A DNA stretch of 60,969 bases, the filler included, from Hausera hauseri (lineage: Eukaryota): the NCBI GenBank assembly GCA_046269625.1. It is 11 parts of 11 records of this genome, joined end to end, with 100 filler letters (N's around TTAATTAATTAA, not from the genome) between each part and the next. Parts side by side here need not be neighbours in the genome. Positions count along the whole stretch, not along the records: positions 24,669 to 29,066 come from JBJURY010600888.1; positions 29,167 to 37,576 come from JBJURY010653218.1; 9 more parts are not named here. One strand, written 5' to 3'. Positions 24,669 through 37,676 of the stretch are shown here, one piece after another. The stretch's first letter is position 1. The number at the start of each line of letters is the position of its first letter. A program made the position numbers and the translations under genes. A model generated the notes under the pieces. That model searched no databases, was not told where the DNA came from, and saw only the letters and a program-made list of their open reading frames with translations.

Positions 24669-27600
24669 ATCCGAATTATTTCTTCGTGTCTTAGCATTTA
24701 TGAATTTTTGCCTGTAGTCGAATATACCTCTTTTCCGTTTTCGATTATGGTAGCCAACATGTCGATCTACATTCGTTTTCCATTTACTCTCTTTATAAGC
24801 CTTTAAGAATGTGCCAAAGGGAGTAATAATATCCGTTAAAATTTTGCACAAAATCCTGTCAAGGTAAATATCTCGTAGCCATTTATGATTGCTTGAATTA
24901 TAGCTTTTACCAGTTGAATTAACAAGAATACCGCTAGAAATCCTGACGCGGCTTGTCCGAATATCAGGAATCGTCCCCATATTTTGTATAATATTTCCGT
25001 GGTTACCTTCTTGTAATAGCCAACGCCAAGTAATGACTCTCATTTTGCCTGATAGCGCGAGTCCTTTAATATTGTATGCATCGCTGTGTTTAATTCATGT
25101 GTATGTTGGTGGGAAAAAGCGAGAAATTGTCTAAACGCCTTTAGTTCTTTTGGTCGGTAAATACCTTTTGCAGCTGTATTCTGAAATTTATCATCGGTTA
25201 TTCCTTTTATCAGGTTTGTTCCTGTCAGCTTGGTAGGTGGTACGATAATACCACCGTTCGGTAGACTTACCCAGTCGGTGTCGCTACGCCTAAACATCGG
25301 CTCTCCTAAGCTGGTTTTACAGTCTCTTAGAATCGTCGGTTGAGTTGCATTTGCCAACAACACTCTGCTAATTGGTTTTACTAATCTCGGTACGTCCTGA
25401 TATATTACTGGAAGTTCTTGTATACACCTCTTCTCTTCCACATTAATCGGTACGTCTTTCTTCTCGCACTCATACGTAAATAGGACTTCTCCGGTTAATC
25501 GTCCAAAAACACCTTCCTTCATCGGAATTATTGGTGATGCCAACTTGGGATTTGCATATATTAGAGCTAGTTTAGTCCTCATGATTTCCAAATCCAACTT
25601 GCAGTCGTTTGTTATCATCATGTGGTACAACTCGGCTATTTCGGCTTGTCCTTTATAGTAGAAGTATTCGTCCCTGTTCTTCAAGTAATCTTCAATCCGG
25701 ATATCCTGAGTCTCGAGTTTGAACTTTCTGACGTTTATTTCTGTCTCGGCTACGAAAAATGCTTCGTAGTTGGTGGCATACATTACGACGGCGCATCTGG
25801 TGAACATAGCTTTCTTTACGAATTTTAATCCATGCGTATCAAAAATCAGTATCGTAGGTGTGGACTGTTCGGCTACATCTTCTCGTGTTTTATCGTTAGT
25901 TTCTGTACTACTTATGTGTCGTTTACCTGTTATCTCGTTGAATCAGTTTTGCTGGGGGCTCCCAAATTACTACAGAACTTCGAAACGGGCATGTGCCATC
26001 CTGAATATGGCACTTGTGGTTCTCGGTGTAAAATTTAATAACGCTATGAAACATCACTTTTTGTATGCGCGTTTCGGTTTCGTAAAAATCCACTACCACG
26101 GCGTTTGATTCTAATCTCTTTCCGGTATCGTATTCTGTACCTTGACAATGTTCTGTGTGCATATCTAGTTTTCTTGCTGCCACTAAATACACCCTGATTA
26201 TTTTTCCCTGCTGCATCTCCATTTCAATACCGTCCCATTTTATTCTCCCCGTTTCTCTAGCTTGCTTACAATGTTGTCGCTCTAAATTCATCGGAATCAG
26301 TGGGGTTGTTGGCTTAATTATTGACGAGTGTCCATGTACTAGTCCACAATGGAAAATGCTGCGAGATCGCCGCAACATACATTCTACTTCATCCAAGGTG
26401 ACTAGTTCGCGTTGTTGATATAATATATAACTTTTCTCTTTTGTTTCTAATCTGTGGGACCTCGCATCTTCGCACATTTCCAAGTCCATTAACGAATATT
26501 TTTGGCCAAGTCTAAACTTGTCACAATCATATACTTTAACTGCGCCCATTTGTTTTATCAACATTATCATGGTCAGAAAGTTTATTAGCCAGTTCGATTC
26601 GTTTCCTCTGCGATTTCCAGTTACATCTCGTAGCAGATCTCCAAATCTGTTGTTATTAAAGAAGAATCTATTGTCATGCTTTTCTTCCTTTTCGAATAGC
26701 TTCGTCCATTTCACTTCTTGAGGCAGTTTCCTAGCAGCCTTCCTTGCCAAGCTAATGGCTTTGTTAAATTCACTTTCTCGGTTCGGGTTGGTTTTGATGG
26801 CCAAATATAGCAACACTTTTTCTAATTCTTCTATGGTATTTTCTACCATAATTTTCTCAATTATCATTTCATCGCTTAAGGTACTTCTGGATAATTTACA
26901 CCGGAGGCTTTTCATGGCCTTAGCGGCATTTAATATGGCCTTCTCTTTCTCATCCAATAAATCCCTGCTGAGGCTAGGGTGGTTTACTATTCGTATCAAA
27001 TCTTTTATCAGTTCGTTTAGTTCCTCATTATCCTTGCTAACGGTCGGTATGGACATCTGCCTCAATTCCCTAATTAAGTCGCCATTAAAGTCGATTTCTT
27101 CCCGTGTCTTCCGTGGTCTACCGACAGGACGCTGCTGTTTTGTTACAACAGGTATACTGCCATCGATCGGTACTAAATTTTTATCTTATTGCTCATTATC
27201 TGAATCTGTTTGTAGGTACTCTAAATATACTGCTGTATTTCGAACTCCAATTATTCGTCCTACTGGTTGTTCTGATCTAGCCTTTCTTATAGTCTCCTCC
27301 TTTGTTTCGTCGATTGTGGTGATTACCACTAACCGTTTTACCTCACCTGGAATAATTCCAACTTTTCTTAATAGTTCCGACTCATCTAGTATCCTTCCTC
27401 TAAAATAAAGTCTATAACTCAGCTCATGGGCGTATCCATTGTCCTTCATCCACAGTAATACATCCCTTACAAAAGAGCGCGTAGTAAATTCTTGTTATTT
27501 CTCATCCATCCAGTCCGATACTATCTTTACTGGCATCATTCCTCTTGCTTTGCCTTTAAGATTTTAGCATATTCCTTAAGTAAAAGCTTGGGTACTGCAC

Positions 27601-29066
27601 TAGAAGTCGTACCTTTGATAGCTAATTTAGTTAAAGTGGGAACTAGATGTCTCAGTTAATTTTCAGTGAAGTTCACTTTAATTAATTGAATTAAATCCTC
27701 GGTTTGTACAGGATCCAGAAGCATTTTTACGTTGAACCTTTGGTCCGGAGAATATGCCTCCATTTCATCCAATCGTATTGGGGTTTCCGAATTCTCGGTA
27801 ATTATTGCGTCTAAATATGCCTCCAAATCTGGTTCGTTTTCATCCTCTGGCGGTTGATAACTCTTCAACGGTGTATCGGTTGGTCTGCTCGCGACTGTGG
27901 GCCATGTAGTTTTTCTGAGTTCTTGTAGTTTCTGTTGCATTTGGACCATTTTCGTCGTTCGGAAACATCGTCCATTAGCGCACGTTTGGTGGAGCAGTAT
28001 CAACAACAAACATAATTCTTCGAGTGAAATTAGCCCTTTTTCTTGATATTTCGTTAGCTCAGACGTGACATCTCTTTGCCATTTTTGAATGATTTGTGAC
28101 TTATCAGCTTTTTCGGCTTTTGTAAGGGCGTATTTGCTTTTATAGACTTCGATTTCTCTAGCTAGTTCGTCTAATCTCTTCGCTTTCTGCTTCGTCTTAA
28201 TGAAAGTTTCCTCGACTTGCTGTATCTGCTGTAACAATTGTCTTAGTTTCTCGTCGCTAATTTCTGCCATTTCTGCCATCAATAGTGCTAATTCGTACAT
28301 CTCCTTAATACTCTTTGAATCCGGATCTATAGCATCCAATAATTTTTTACAAACTTGATTTGTTCGAAATTAAGGTGACGGTCAGTCTTTCTTTTAATCA
28401 GTTCGGTATGAAGTCTATGATTCGTTCCGTCCATCCATCCTTTTGGCTGGTGTAAGAATTTTACAGTTTCTTCGACGATCTACCGATTTTCGGGACAAAA
28501 GTCAAAGGTTTCAATCGCAAGTCTCATTTCGCTTTTGCATAAAGTTTGTTTTTTCGATCATTTTATATATATCATTTAGTATCGTCATCTGTTGTTTCTT
28601 TTCCATAAAGTCTAATTGACGTAGTGCCTCAAATTGGGTTCGGATATCAATCTCTGCGTTCATTGTATCTAGATTTACGGCGTCTTCTTTCAGTTGCTTA
28701 TTAACTGTAGGTTTATTTTGCGGAAATTCCTTTTTTTGATTGGCTACTAATTTACTCAGCCTCGTTATTACTTCGGACCATTTTTCAACTGCTAAGCGAT
28801 TTCTGGCTTTGCCAGTATTGCTTTGTTCAACAATTTGCGGACGTCTTTTAGCTCATAGTCTGGACCTTTAATAAAATCAATGACCCGACAGGCGTAATCG
28901 AACTTGTCTTTATATTCGTCAAATTCGAGGATACAAGCCAGAATTATTTTCTGTCTCATTATTAGTCGGTTGCATAATCCTGTTCCTTAGACCATATATC
29001 TGGAACAGTTTTTCGGCTTCAATTTTAATACGATTCTCCAGACTTGTATATTGCTTGGAGGCCGTC
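24669..29066 (-). mobile_element. Gypsy-like retroelement copy C: helical region, Ubl, AT-hook, glycoprotein, TM
   Basis: ORFs 27656-28339, 27186-27449, 25923-27065 and 25040-25807 are homologous and colinear with copies B, D and E. Confidence 0.88.
24800..26594 (-). pseudogene. Chuvirus/gB-like glycoprotein, copy C (best preserved), with internal signal peptide
   Basis: NWLINFLTMIMLIKQMGA|VKVYDC starts inside ORF 25923-27065. Conserved Cys pattern, N-glycosylation sequon NAT, C-terminal TM. Confidence 0.75.
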
Positions 29067-29166
29067 NNNNNNNNNNNNNNNNNNNNNNNNNNNNNNNNNN
29101 NNNNNNNNNNTTAATTAATTAANNNNNNNNNNNNNNNNNNNNNNNNNNNNNNNNNNNNNNNNNNNN

Positions 29167-32100
29167 AATTTTGTCAGAGAGTCTCGGCCTTTTGGTCTAT
29201 TAACGCTATAAGTTCGACGAAGTGAGTTAATCGATCTACACAGATTAAAATATATTTGTTGTTTTTGTGGATCGTAGGCAGTGGTCCTACGATATCCATG
29301 GACATGGCCTGCATGGGTCTATCGGGCACGCTGATAGGTTTAAGTTCGGCAATATAGTTTTTCACTGTTCTTTGTTTAGTTGCACATACTTCACAAGCAT
29401 TCACCCAATTTTTCACGTCGATGTAAATTCTCGGCCAATAGTACTTATTTAATATCCTTTCCAATGTCTTTTTCCACATGTGTCCGGCTAAGTATGAATC
29501 ATGTTCGGCCATGAGCACTTCCGCTCGTAATCCTTTTGGTATGACGACTAATTTTCGTTTTTTTCGTTCGTAATATAACACATTTTCGTGATTCAAATCT
29601 CCAGCGACGCAGTATTTGTGACCATATCGTTGTAGGTGTTTCCGTAACTGATGACCTTTTGGTGTTACGTTGGTATCAATGAACTCGATAATCTGTTGTA
29701 TAACATTGCCTTTTCTCTGTTCGACGGCAATCTTTAATGCCTTATCTTGTGTGAGAGTCCATTGTCTTTCTAATAAATTTTCAAGGTGTTTTCCTCATTA
29801 CTGTAACTGTGCATGTTATGGTTTTAAGTCTCGATAATGTGTCGGCATCGACATGTTCATTTCCGGATTTGTATTGGAATTCAATATTGTAACGTGAGAT
29901 CTCCTCGATCCACCTGTTAAGTCTACAGGTGGGATTATTTGCTCTACCCTTTGATGTCGTGACTGCTTTATGATCAGTAACGATTACGATCTTTTGTCCA
30001 TAGACATACACGTTAAAATGTCGCAGTGCTTCTTTCACTGCCAACGTTTCCAACTCTGTTACGGAATAGTTCTTCTCAGCTTTCTTTAGAGAACGCCCTC
30101 CATATGCGATCGGGTGTTATAGCTCCTCATGATCTCGTTTTTGAGCTAATTCACATCCAATGCCTTCCATACTGGCGTCTATTTTGATTATGAACGGTAA
30201 GTTGAAGTCAGGATACCTTAAAACAGATTCACTAGTTAGAATTTTCTTCATTTCATCGAAAGCTTTCTGTTCGATATCGGTCAATTTCTATTTGATCTCT
30301 TTTTTAAGTAAACTATACAAAGGTGCGTTTATCTTCGCGTTATCTGGTACGTAGGTGGCATAATATCCGCACAACCCTAACCAGTGTCTTAATTCTTTTT
30401 GATTCTGAGGTTCCATACAATCTGATATCTTACTTAGTAATGATTTGTTCGGCTTCGACCCTCTTTCTCCAACTATATGCTTAAGGTACGATACAGAATT
30501 TTGGGCCCATTTACATTTCTTGGGATTCAGTTTTAATCCCGCTTGTTCCAATCACATGAGTGTACCTTTAATGTCCTTTAAATGTTCCTCTTCCGTTTCT
30601 GACGCAATCATAACGTCGTTCAAGTAGACAAACGCATGTTCCAGTTCCATCAGCATCTTGTTCATCATGCGAGTAAAGATGGCTGGTCCGGTAGTTATTC
30701 CAAATGGCATAACGTTAAATTCATGTATACCGTCATGTGTCTTAAATGCCTTTTTGCAACAATCTTCCTCCTCTATCTCTACTTGCCAGTATTCAGATTG
30801 CAAATTGAGCGTGGTAAACCATTTAGCTCCCGAAAGCCTATCCAAAGCCTCCTTTACCGATGGTAACGGAAAAGAGTCCTTCATCATAAGTGTGTTTAAT
30901 GCTCGATAGTCGATACAAAATCGGTGCTTACTGGTACCTTTCTTCTTAACTATAAGTATAGGGGAGTACCAATATCGGTAGCTTGGTCTAATTATGTCGG
31001 CCTTTAGCATTCGTTCAACCTATTTGGTTATCTCTGGTCATAATGAGTGTGGAGGAGGGTACCATTTGGGCATCTTTTGATCCTCTAAGTCTATTTCGTC
31101 GTTGGATCCTGGCTTTTTCTTAACCGGAATCGTAAGCCTTAAGGTTTTGGCTCGGCCAATATCTTCATCTTTCGCCATAATTGAACTATAACGACAAAGT
31201 AATTCGTAAAGTTGGCAGTATGATTCTGGTGAAAACTTAATCTCCACGTGGGGTGGAAATTCGTCACCCTTATATGGTTTCTCCTCAATAGTGACTGATG
31301 ATACTCTACATGTATGTCCCAAAGTGGTATTGGCGTACAGTATGATCGCAGTTGGTGCGTTATTCGCTATTCTGATTGGCACACGGCCCGTTGATACTCT
31401 TGTGAAAACGTTACTGAGCACAATGATTGAATTAAACGATTCCTTCGGCTCAAAATATACTGGCTGATCGTCGTCCTGACGTATTTGGCATATATGAGTA
31501 CTTCCATTCTGGGCGGTATAGTTTCGTCCACTGGAATCCACACTTTCAAATTTTCAGTCTTTAGTGGTTTTAACTCCTTTATTGGGCCAAGTTCTATCAA
31601 CTTGCCTGCATTGAAATCGATTGCTATATTAGGTAGTTGTCTCAATAAGTCACAACCTAACATTACATCATCCCATTATGTGAATTTCTGGTTTCCATCG
31701 GAATTTACTTTTCAATGATTGTCGGAAAGCTCCAATGCTTCCTGGGTCTGTCGTGGGAGGTGGATATAATTGTTTCCGTAGGAATTGCGGTATTGAATTA
31801 TACTTTATCAGTGATATTTCAGACCTTGTATCTATTAGCGCGTAAATTTCCCAATCCTCCAATTGAATCTTTGCGAAGGGCCTGCTTTCGATTACCGTAC
31901 CGTAATAACTTGGTGCTGTTTTGGGATGTCGTATTGTAGACACCTTGTAGCAGTTTATGGTAACTTCAGTGGTTCCAACTGGCTGGTCGATTAATTGTCT
32001 TAACTCTCCAGTTGGGTATAGTTCGTTATTCACACCATTCGCATTTTCTATTCCCTGATTTCTAACTGGTGGCTGAACCTCTTGGTTTCTAAGGTGATGT

Positions 32101-35100
32101 GTTTCACTGCTTCCGGTAAACATTGACTGCCTTTCATTTAGTCTAAGTACTCTAGGTGAGTAAATTATACCGTGATCGTCGACTGCTGAGTGACGATGTG
32201 GGACAGACGTTTTTTCCGTTTTGTGGATCTTACGCAATATCTCGTAGCGTTTTGTTCCTTCGTATGAATCCTCTAGGTTAAACGGCTTCCGATAAACGTC
32301 TGTCTGATACGGGCTCATTAATTGTTCTCGCGATCTTCATATATAGGTGCCGTTGGCGGCAATATTGGTAATGGTAGTTTCATAATAGAGTAATTTTTGT
32401 GCCTGCTCGGCCTGGAGACGACGTCTCCTCCCTTAGGCTCGTCATCATCAGAATTATTTCTTCGTGTCTTACTGTCTATGAATTTTTGCCTGTAATCGAG
32501 TATGTATCTTTTACGTTTTCGATTATGGTAGCCAACATGTCGCTCCACATCCTTTTTCCATCTATTTTTTTCATAAGCCTTTAAGAATTTGCCGAAAGGT
32601 GTAATAATAGCCGTCAAAATTTTGCACGAAAATCCTGTCAAAGTGAATATCTCGTATCCATTTATGATTGCTTGGATTATAGCTTTTACCAGTTGAATTA
32701 AGAAGTATATTGCTAGAAATCCTGACGCGGCTTGTCCAAATATCAGGAATCTTTCCCAAATTTTATATAATATTTCCGTAGTTACCTTTTTATACGCCGA
32801 GTAATGACTTCCATTTCGCCTGGTAGCGCGAATCCTCCAATACTGTATACATTGCTCTGCTTTATTCATGTGTGCGTTGACGGGGAAAAGCAAGAAATTG
32901 TCTGACCCCTCTACTTATTTTGGTCGGTAAATACCTTTTGCGGCTGTATCTTGAAATTTATCATCGGTTATTCATTTTATTAAATTTGTCCCTGTCAACT
33001 TGGTAGGTGGTGCGATAATACCGCCGTTCGGTAAATTTAGCCAGTCGGTTTCACTTCGTCTGAACGTTGGCTGGCCTAAACTAGTTTTACAGTCTCTTAA
33101 GACTGTAGGTTGAGTAGAATTAGCCAATAGTACTCTGGTAATTGGTGTTACTAATCTCAGTACGTCTTGATATATCATTGGAAGCTCTTATATACATCTT
33201 TTCTCTTCCACATTAATAGGTACATCCTTTTTTTTACATACATAGGTCAATAAGATCTTTCCGATTACTCGTCCAAAACACCTTCCTTTATTGGTTTTAT
33301 TGATGATGCCAACTCGGGATTGGCATATATTAGGGTCAGCTTAGTTCTTATGATTTCCAAATCCAACTTGAAGTCGTTTGTTGTCATTTTGTGGTATAGC
33401 TCAGCTATTCCTGCTTGTCCCTTGTAGTAGAAATAGTCGTCTCTGTTCTTTAGATAGTCCTCAATCCAAATATTCTGAGTCTCGAGCTTAAACGTTCTGG
33501 CGTTTATTTCCGTTTCAGCTACAAAAAATGCTTCATAGTTGGTAGCATACATTATAACGTCACATCTTGTGAGTACATCCTTCTTCACAAACTTTAGTCC
33601 TTGAGTATCAGAGATCAGTATCGTAGGTATGGACTGTTTGGCTACATTTTCTCGTGTTTTCGAATTAGTTTCCGTGCTACTTATGTATCGTTTTCCTGTC
33701 GTCTCGTTGAATTTAAGTTCTTTAATTCTGATAAAGTTGCAATCGGTCTTGGCTGGGGGTTCTTAAATTCCTACAGAACTTCGAAACGGGCATGTGCCAT
33801 CCTGAATGTGGCACTTGTAGTTCTCGGTGTAAAGTCTAGTAACGCTATGAAACATCACTTTCTGTATATGCATTTCAGTTTCGTAAAAGTCTACTACTAC
33901 GATGTTTGACTCTAATCCTTTTCCGGTATCGTATTCCGCACCGTGACAATTGTCCGGTGTGCATATCTGGTCTTCCTGCTGCTACTTTGTATACTCTAAT
34001 TATTTTCCTTTGTTGCACTTCCAGTTTTATGCCATTCTATTTTATTCTTCCCGTCTATCTAGTTTGCTTACAATGTTGACGTTCTAAATTCATCGGAATT
34101 AGTGTGGTTGTTGGCTTGATTATTGACGAGTGTCCATGTACCAATCCACAATGGAAGATGCTGCGAGGTCGCCGCAACAAACATTCTACTCCATCCAGTG
34201 TAACTAGTTTGCGTTGTTGATATAGCACATAATTTTTCTCTTTTGTTTCTAATTTGTGTGGTCTTGCGTCTTCGCACATTTCCAAGTTCATTAGCGAATA
34301 TTTTTGGCCAAGTCTAAATTTGTCGCAATCATCTACTATGACTGCGCCCATTTGCCTTATCAACATTATCATGGTCAAAAAGTTGATTAGCCAGTTCGAT
34401 TCATTTCCTCTGCGATTTCCAGTTACATTTCGTAGCAGATCTCCGAATCTATTGTTATCGAAGAAGAATCCACTCTGATGCTGTTCTTTTTCGAATAGCT
34501 TAGACCAGTTCACCTCTCGAGGCAATTTCCTGGCAGCCTTCCGTGCTAAGCTAATGGCCTTGTTGAATTCGTTTTTTCGGTTGGGATTGGTTTTGATGGC
34601 CAGATATAGCAACACTTTTCTTAATTCTCTTATGGTATTCTCCACCATAATTTTCTCGATTATCATTTCATCACTTAAGGTACTTCTAGATTATTTACAC
34701 CGAAGGCCTTTCCTAGCCTTTGCGTCATTCGCTATGGCCTCCTCTTTCTTATCTAATACATCACCACCAAGACTAGAGTGGTTTGGTATTCGTATCAAAT
34801 CTTTTATCAGTTTGTTCAGTTTCTCATTATCCGCACTAAAGCTCGGTATGGACATTTGTCTCAATTCTTTGATTAAGTCTCCATTATAGCCGATTTCTTC
34901 TCGTATCTTCCGTGGCCTACCAACAGGACGCTTCGGTTTTTTTACAGGACTGAATTTTTATCGTATTGTTTATTATCTTCATCTGTCTTCAAGTACTCAA
35001 AATATACTGCTGCATCTTGGACTCCTATTATTCGTCCTACCTGCTATTCTGCCTTAGCCTTCCTTATAGCCTCCTCCTTTTTTTCGTCGATAGTGGTTGT

Positions 35101-37576
35101 TACCACTAACCGGTTTACCTCACCTGGAATAATTCTAACTTCTATCAATAATTCTGACTCATCTAGTATTCTTCCTCTGAAATAAAGTCTATAGCTCAGC
35201 TCATGGGCGTATCCATTGTCCTTTATCCACAGTAATACATTTTTTACGAGGGAACGCGTAGTGAACTCTTGTTCCTTCTCGTCCATCTAGTCTGATACTA
35301 TCTTTACTGGGATCCTTTCCTCTGCCTTTGCTTTAAGATTTTAGCATATTCCTTAAGTAAAAGCTTAGGTAACGTACTAGAAATCGTACCTTCGCTAGCT
35401 AATTTAGTTAAAGTAGAAACTAGATGTCTCAATTGATTTTCAGTGAAGTTCACTTCAATTAATTGAATTAAATCTTTTTCGGTTTGTACCGGGACCAGAA
35501 GCATTCCTACGTTGAACCTTTGGTCTGGAGAGTATATCTCCGTTTTATCCAATCGTATTGGGGTTTTCAGATTTTCGGCAATCATTGCGTCTGAATATGT
35601 TTCCCAATCTGGTTCGTTTTCATCGTCTGGCGGTTGATAGACCTCGACGGTATATCAGTTGGCCTGTCTACACTTGCGGTCCATGTAGTTTTTCTGAGTT
35701 CTTGTATTTTTTTGCCTTTGGACCATTTTCGTCGTTCGAAAACATCGCCCATTAGCGGACGTTTGGTGGAGCAGTGTTAACAACGAACATAATTCTTCGG
35801 GTGAAATTAACCCTTTTTCTTCATAGTTTGTTAATTCAGACGTGACATCTCTTTGCCATCTTTGAACTAATTGTGACTTGTCAGCTTTTTCGGCTTCTGT
35901 AAGAGCGAATTTGTTTTTATAGGCTTCGAGTTCTCTAGCTAATTCGTCTAATATTATCGCTCTCTGTTTCGTCTTAATGCAAGTTTCTTCGACTTGCTGT
36001 ATCTGCTGTAACAATTGTCTTAGTTTCTCGTCACTAATTTCTGCCATTTCTGCCATCAATAGTGCTAATTCGTACATCTCGTTAATGCTGTTTAAATCTG
36101 GATCGATTGCATCTTATACTTTTTTTACAAATTTGATCTCTTCGAAATTAAGGTGGCAGTCATTCTTTATTTTAATTAGTTCGGTATTATGTCTTTGATC
36201 CGTACCGTCCATCCATCCTTGTGGCTGATGTAAGAATTTTACCGTTTCTTTAACGATCGACCGATACTCGGGACAAAATTCCAAGGTTTTAAGATCTCGC
36301 ATCGAGATTTCATCGATAGGTTTGGCTGTCAACCACCGTATTCCTTTGGAGTATACATCTCTTAACCGCGGAAGAAATCGCAAGTCGCATTTCGTTTTCG
36401 TGCGAAATTTGTTTCTTCGATCATCTTATATATATCATCTAGTATCATCATTTCTTGTTTTTTCTCCGTAAAGTTCAATTGGCGTAATGCCTCGAATTGA
36501 GTTTGGATGTTAGTTTCTGCTCTTTTTGTATCTAGATTTCAAGCGTCTTCTTCTAATTGTTTCTTTACCGTAGGTTCGCTCTCTGGAAATTCGCTCTTTC
36601 GACTGTTAATCAGTTTACTCAACCTAGTTATTACTTTGGTCCATTCGTTTAATTGATTAGCGATTTCTAGATTTACCAGTATTGCTTTACCTAACGTTTT
36701 GTGAGCGTCTTCTAGCTCATCATCCGGACCTTTAATAAAATCTATGATCCGGTAGACATATTCAAACTCGTCCTTGTATTCATCAAACTCGAGGATGCAA
36801 GCCATAATTATTTTGTGTGTTTCCTCGTTATTGGTGTACATAATTCTATTCCTTAGACCATATATCTGAGACCGTTTTTCGGTTTCGATCCTAATACGAT
36901 TTTCCAAACTTGTATATTGTCTTGATGCCGTCGAAGCGACCTTTATCATTTCCATCTAGGGTGGAATATCTATTGAATCTATGCCCAACATCTTTAGGTC
37001 ATTTGCATCTCTTTCTTTGACCGGCTTTCGTTTAAGTTGTTCGACTATTGCAAATCTAGTTTCATTTATGACACGCTCCAAATTACGTACGGATCTTTTC
37101 AATTTCTGGTTGGCTTCTAATGTGGTTAATAGCGACTGAGCTTGATTGATTTTCGCTTCAGTGTCTTGAGTAGTTTTATCCCACGTCTTCTGGAATTTTG
37201 TCTTGCATTTGCTACATTGTTCTAGTTCGTGATTCCACTGAGTTATTGCTTCCCTTGGCACTTCTTCGGGCTGATCTAAGTCTATAGCTTCGCTTAGTTT
37301 CCCTTCATTGTATAATTTCATCTTTTTGTATAATCTTTCTACAAACTGCTGTTCCTTACCGGAAATATCCACTTGTTCGCTCATTACCTTGAGTTTCTCT
37401 AGGTTGTGTTGAACTACCTCCGGGTTTAGACAGTTGGTTTTTATCCTCTTTAATTCCTCAGCATTTTTCCACGAGAGTCTAATTTTCCACTTTTTAGGAT
37501 CGAGTTTCTCTTCTTGTTCTATTTCCTCTTCACTAGTAGGCAAGGGACATACGTCGTTTATCTCCTTTCTAGATTT
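29167..37576 (-). mobile_element. Gypsy-like retroelement copy D, the longest: helical region, Ubl, glycoprotein, PR-RT-RH-IN
   Basis: One contig links the helical ORFs (35304-37543), Ubl (35044-35286), glycoprotein (32570-34395), PR IYALIDTRSE (~31810-31850), RT (30288-31010), RH (29781-30053) and IN (29174-29596). Confidence 0.93.
32570..34395 (-). pseudogene. Chuvirus/gB-like glycoprotein, copy D
   Basis: ORFs 34055-34666, 33265-33588, 32972-33178 and 32318-32893 (TM plus tail with PTAP). Confidence 0.72.
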
Positions 37577-37676
37577 NNNNNNNNNNNNNNNNNNNNNNNN
37601 NNNNNNNNNNNNNNNNNNNNTTAATTAATTAANNNNNNNNNNNNNNNNNNNNNNNNNNNNNNNNNNNNNNNNNNNN

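Noticed and set aside
24569-26594. Glycoprotein copy C as env of the fish ERV
   Set aside because: Different contig and opposite strand, and it is homologous to the Gypsy family glycoprotein rather than a retroviral SU/TM
32310-32325. TAATG stop/start overlap as programmed termination-reinitiation between env tail and pol
   Set aside because: Copies A and B read through this position in one frame, so it is a frameshift specific to copy D
24669-37576. Copies C and D as a tandem array or one element
   Set aside because: Separated by a linker, so their order is arbitrary
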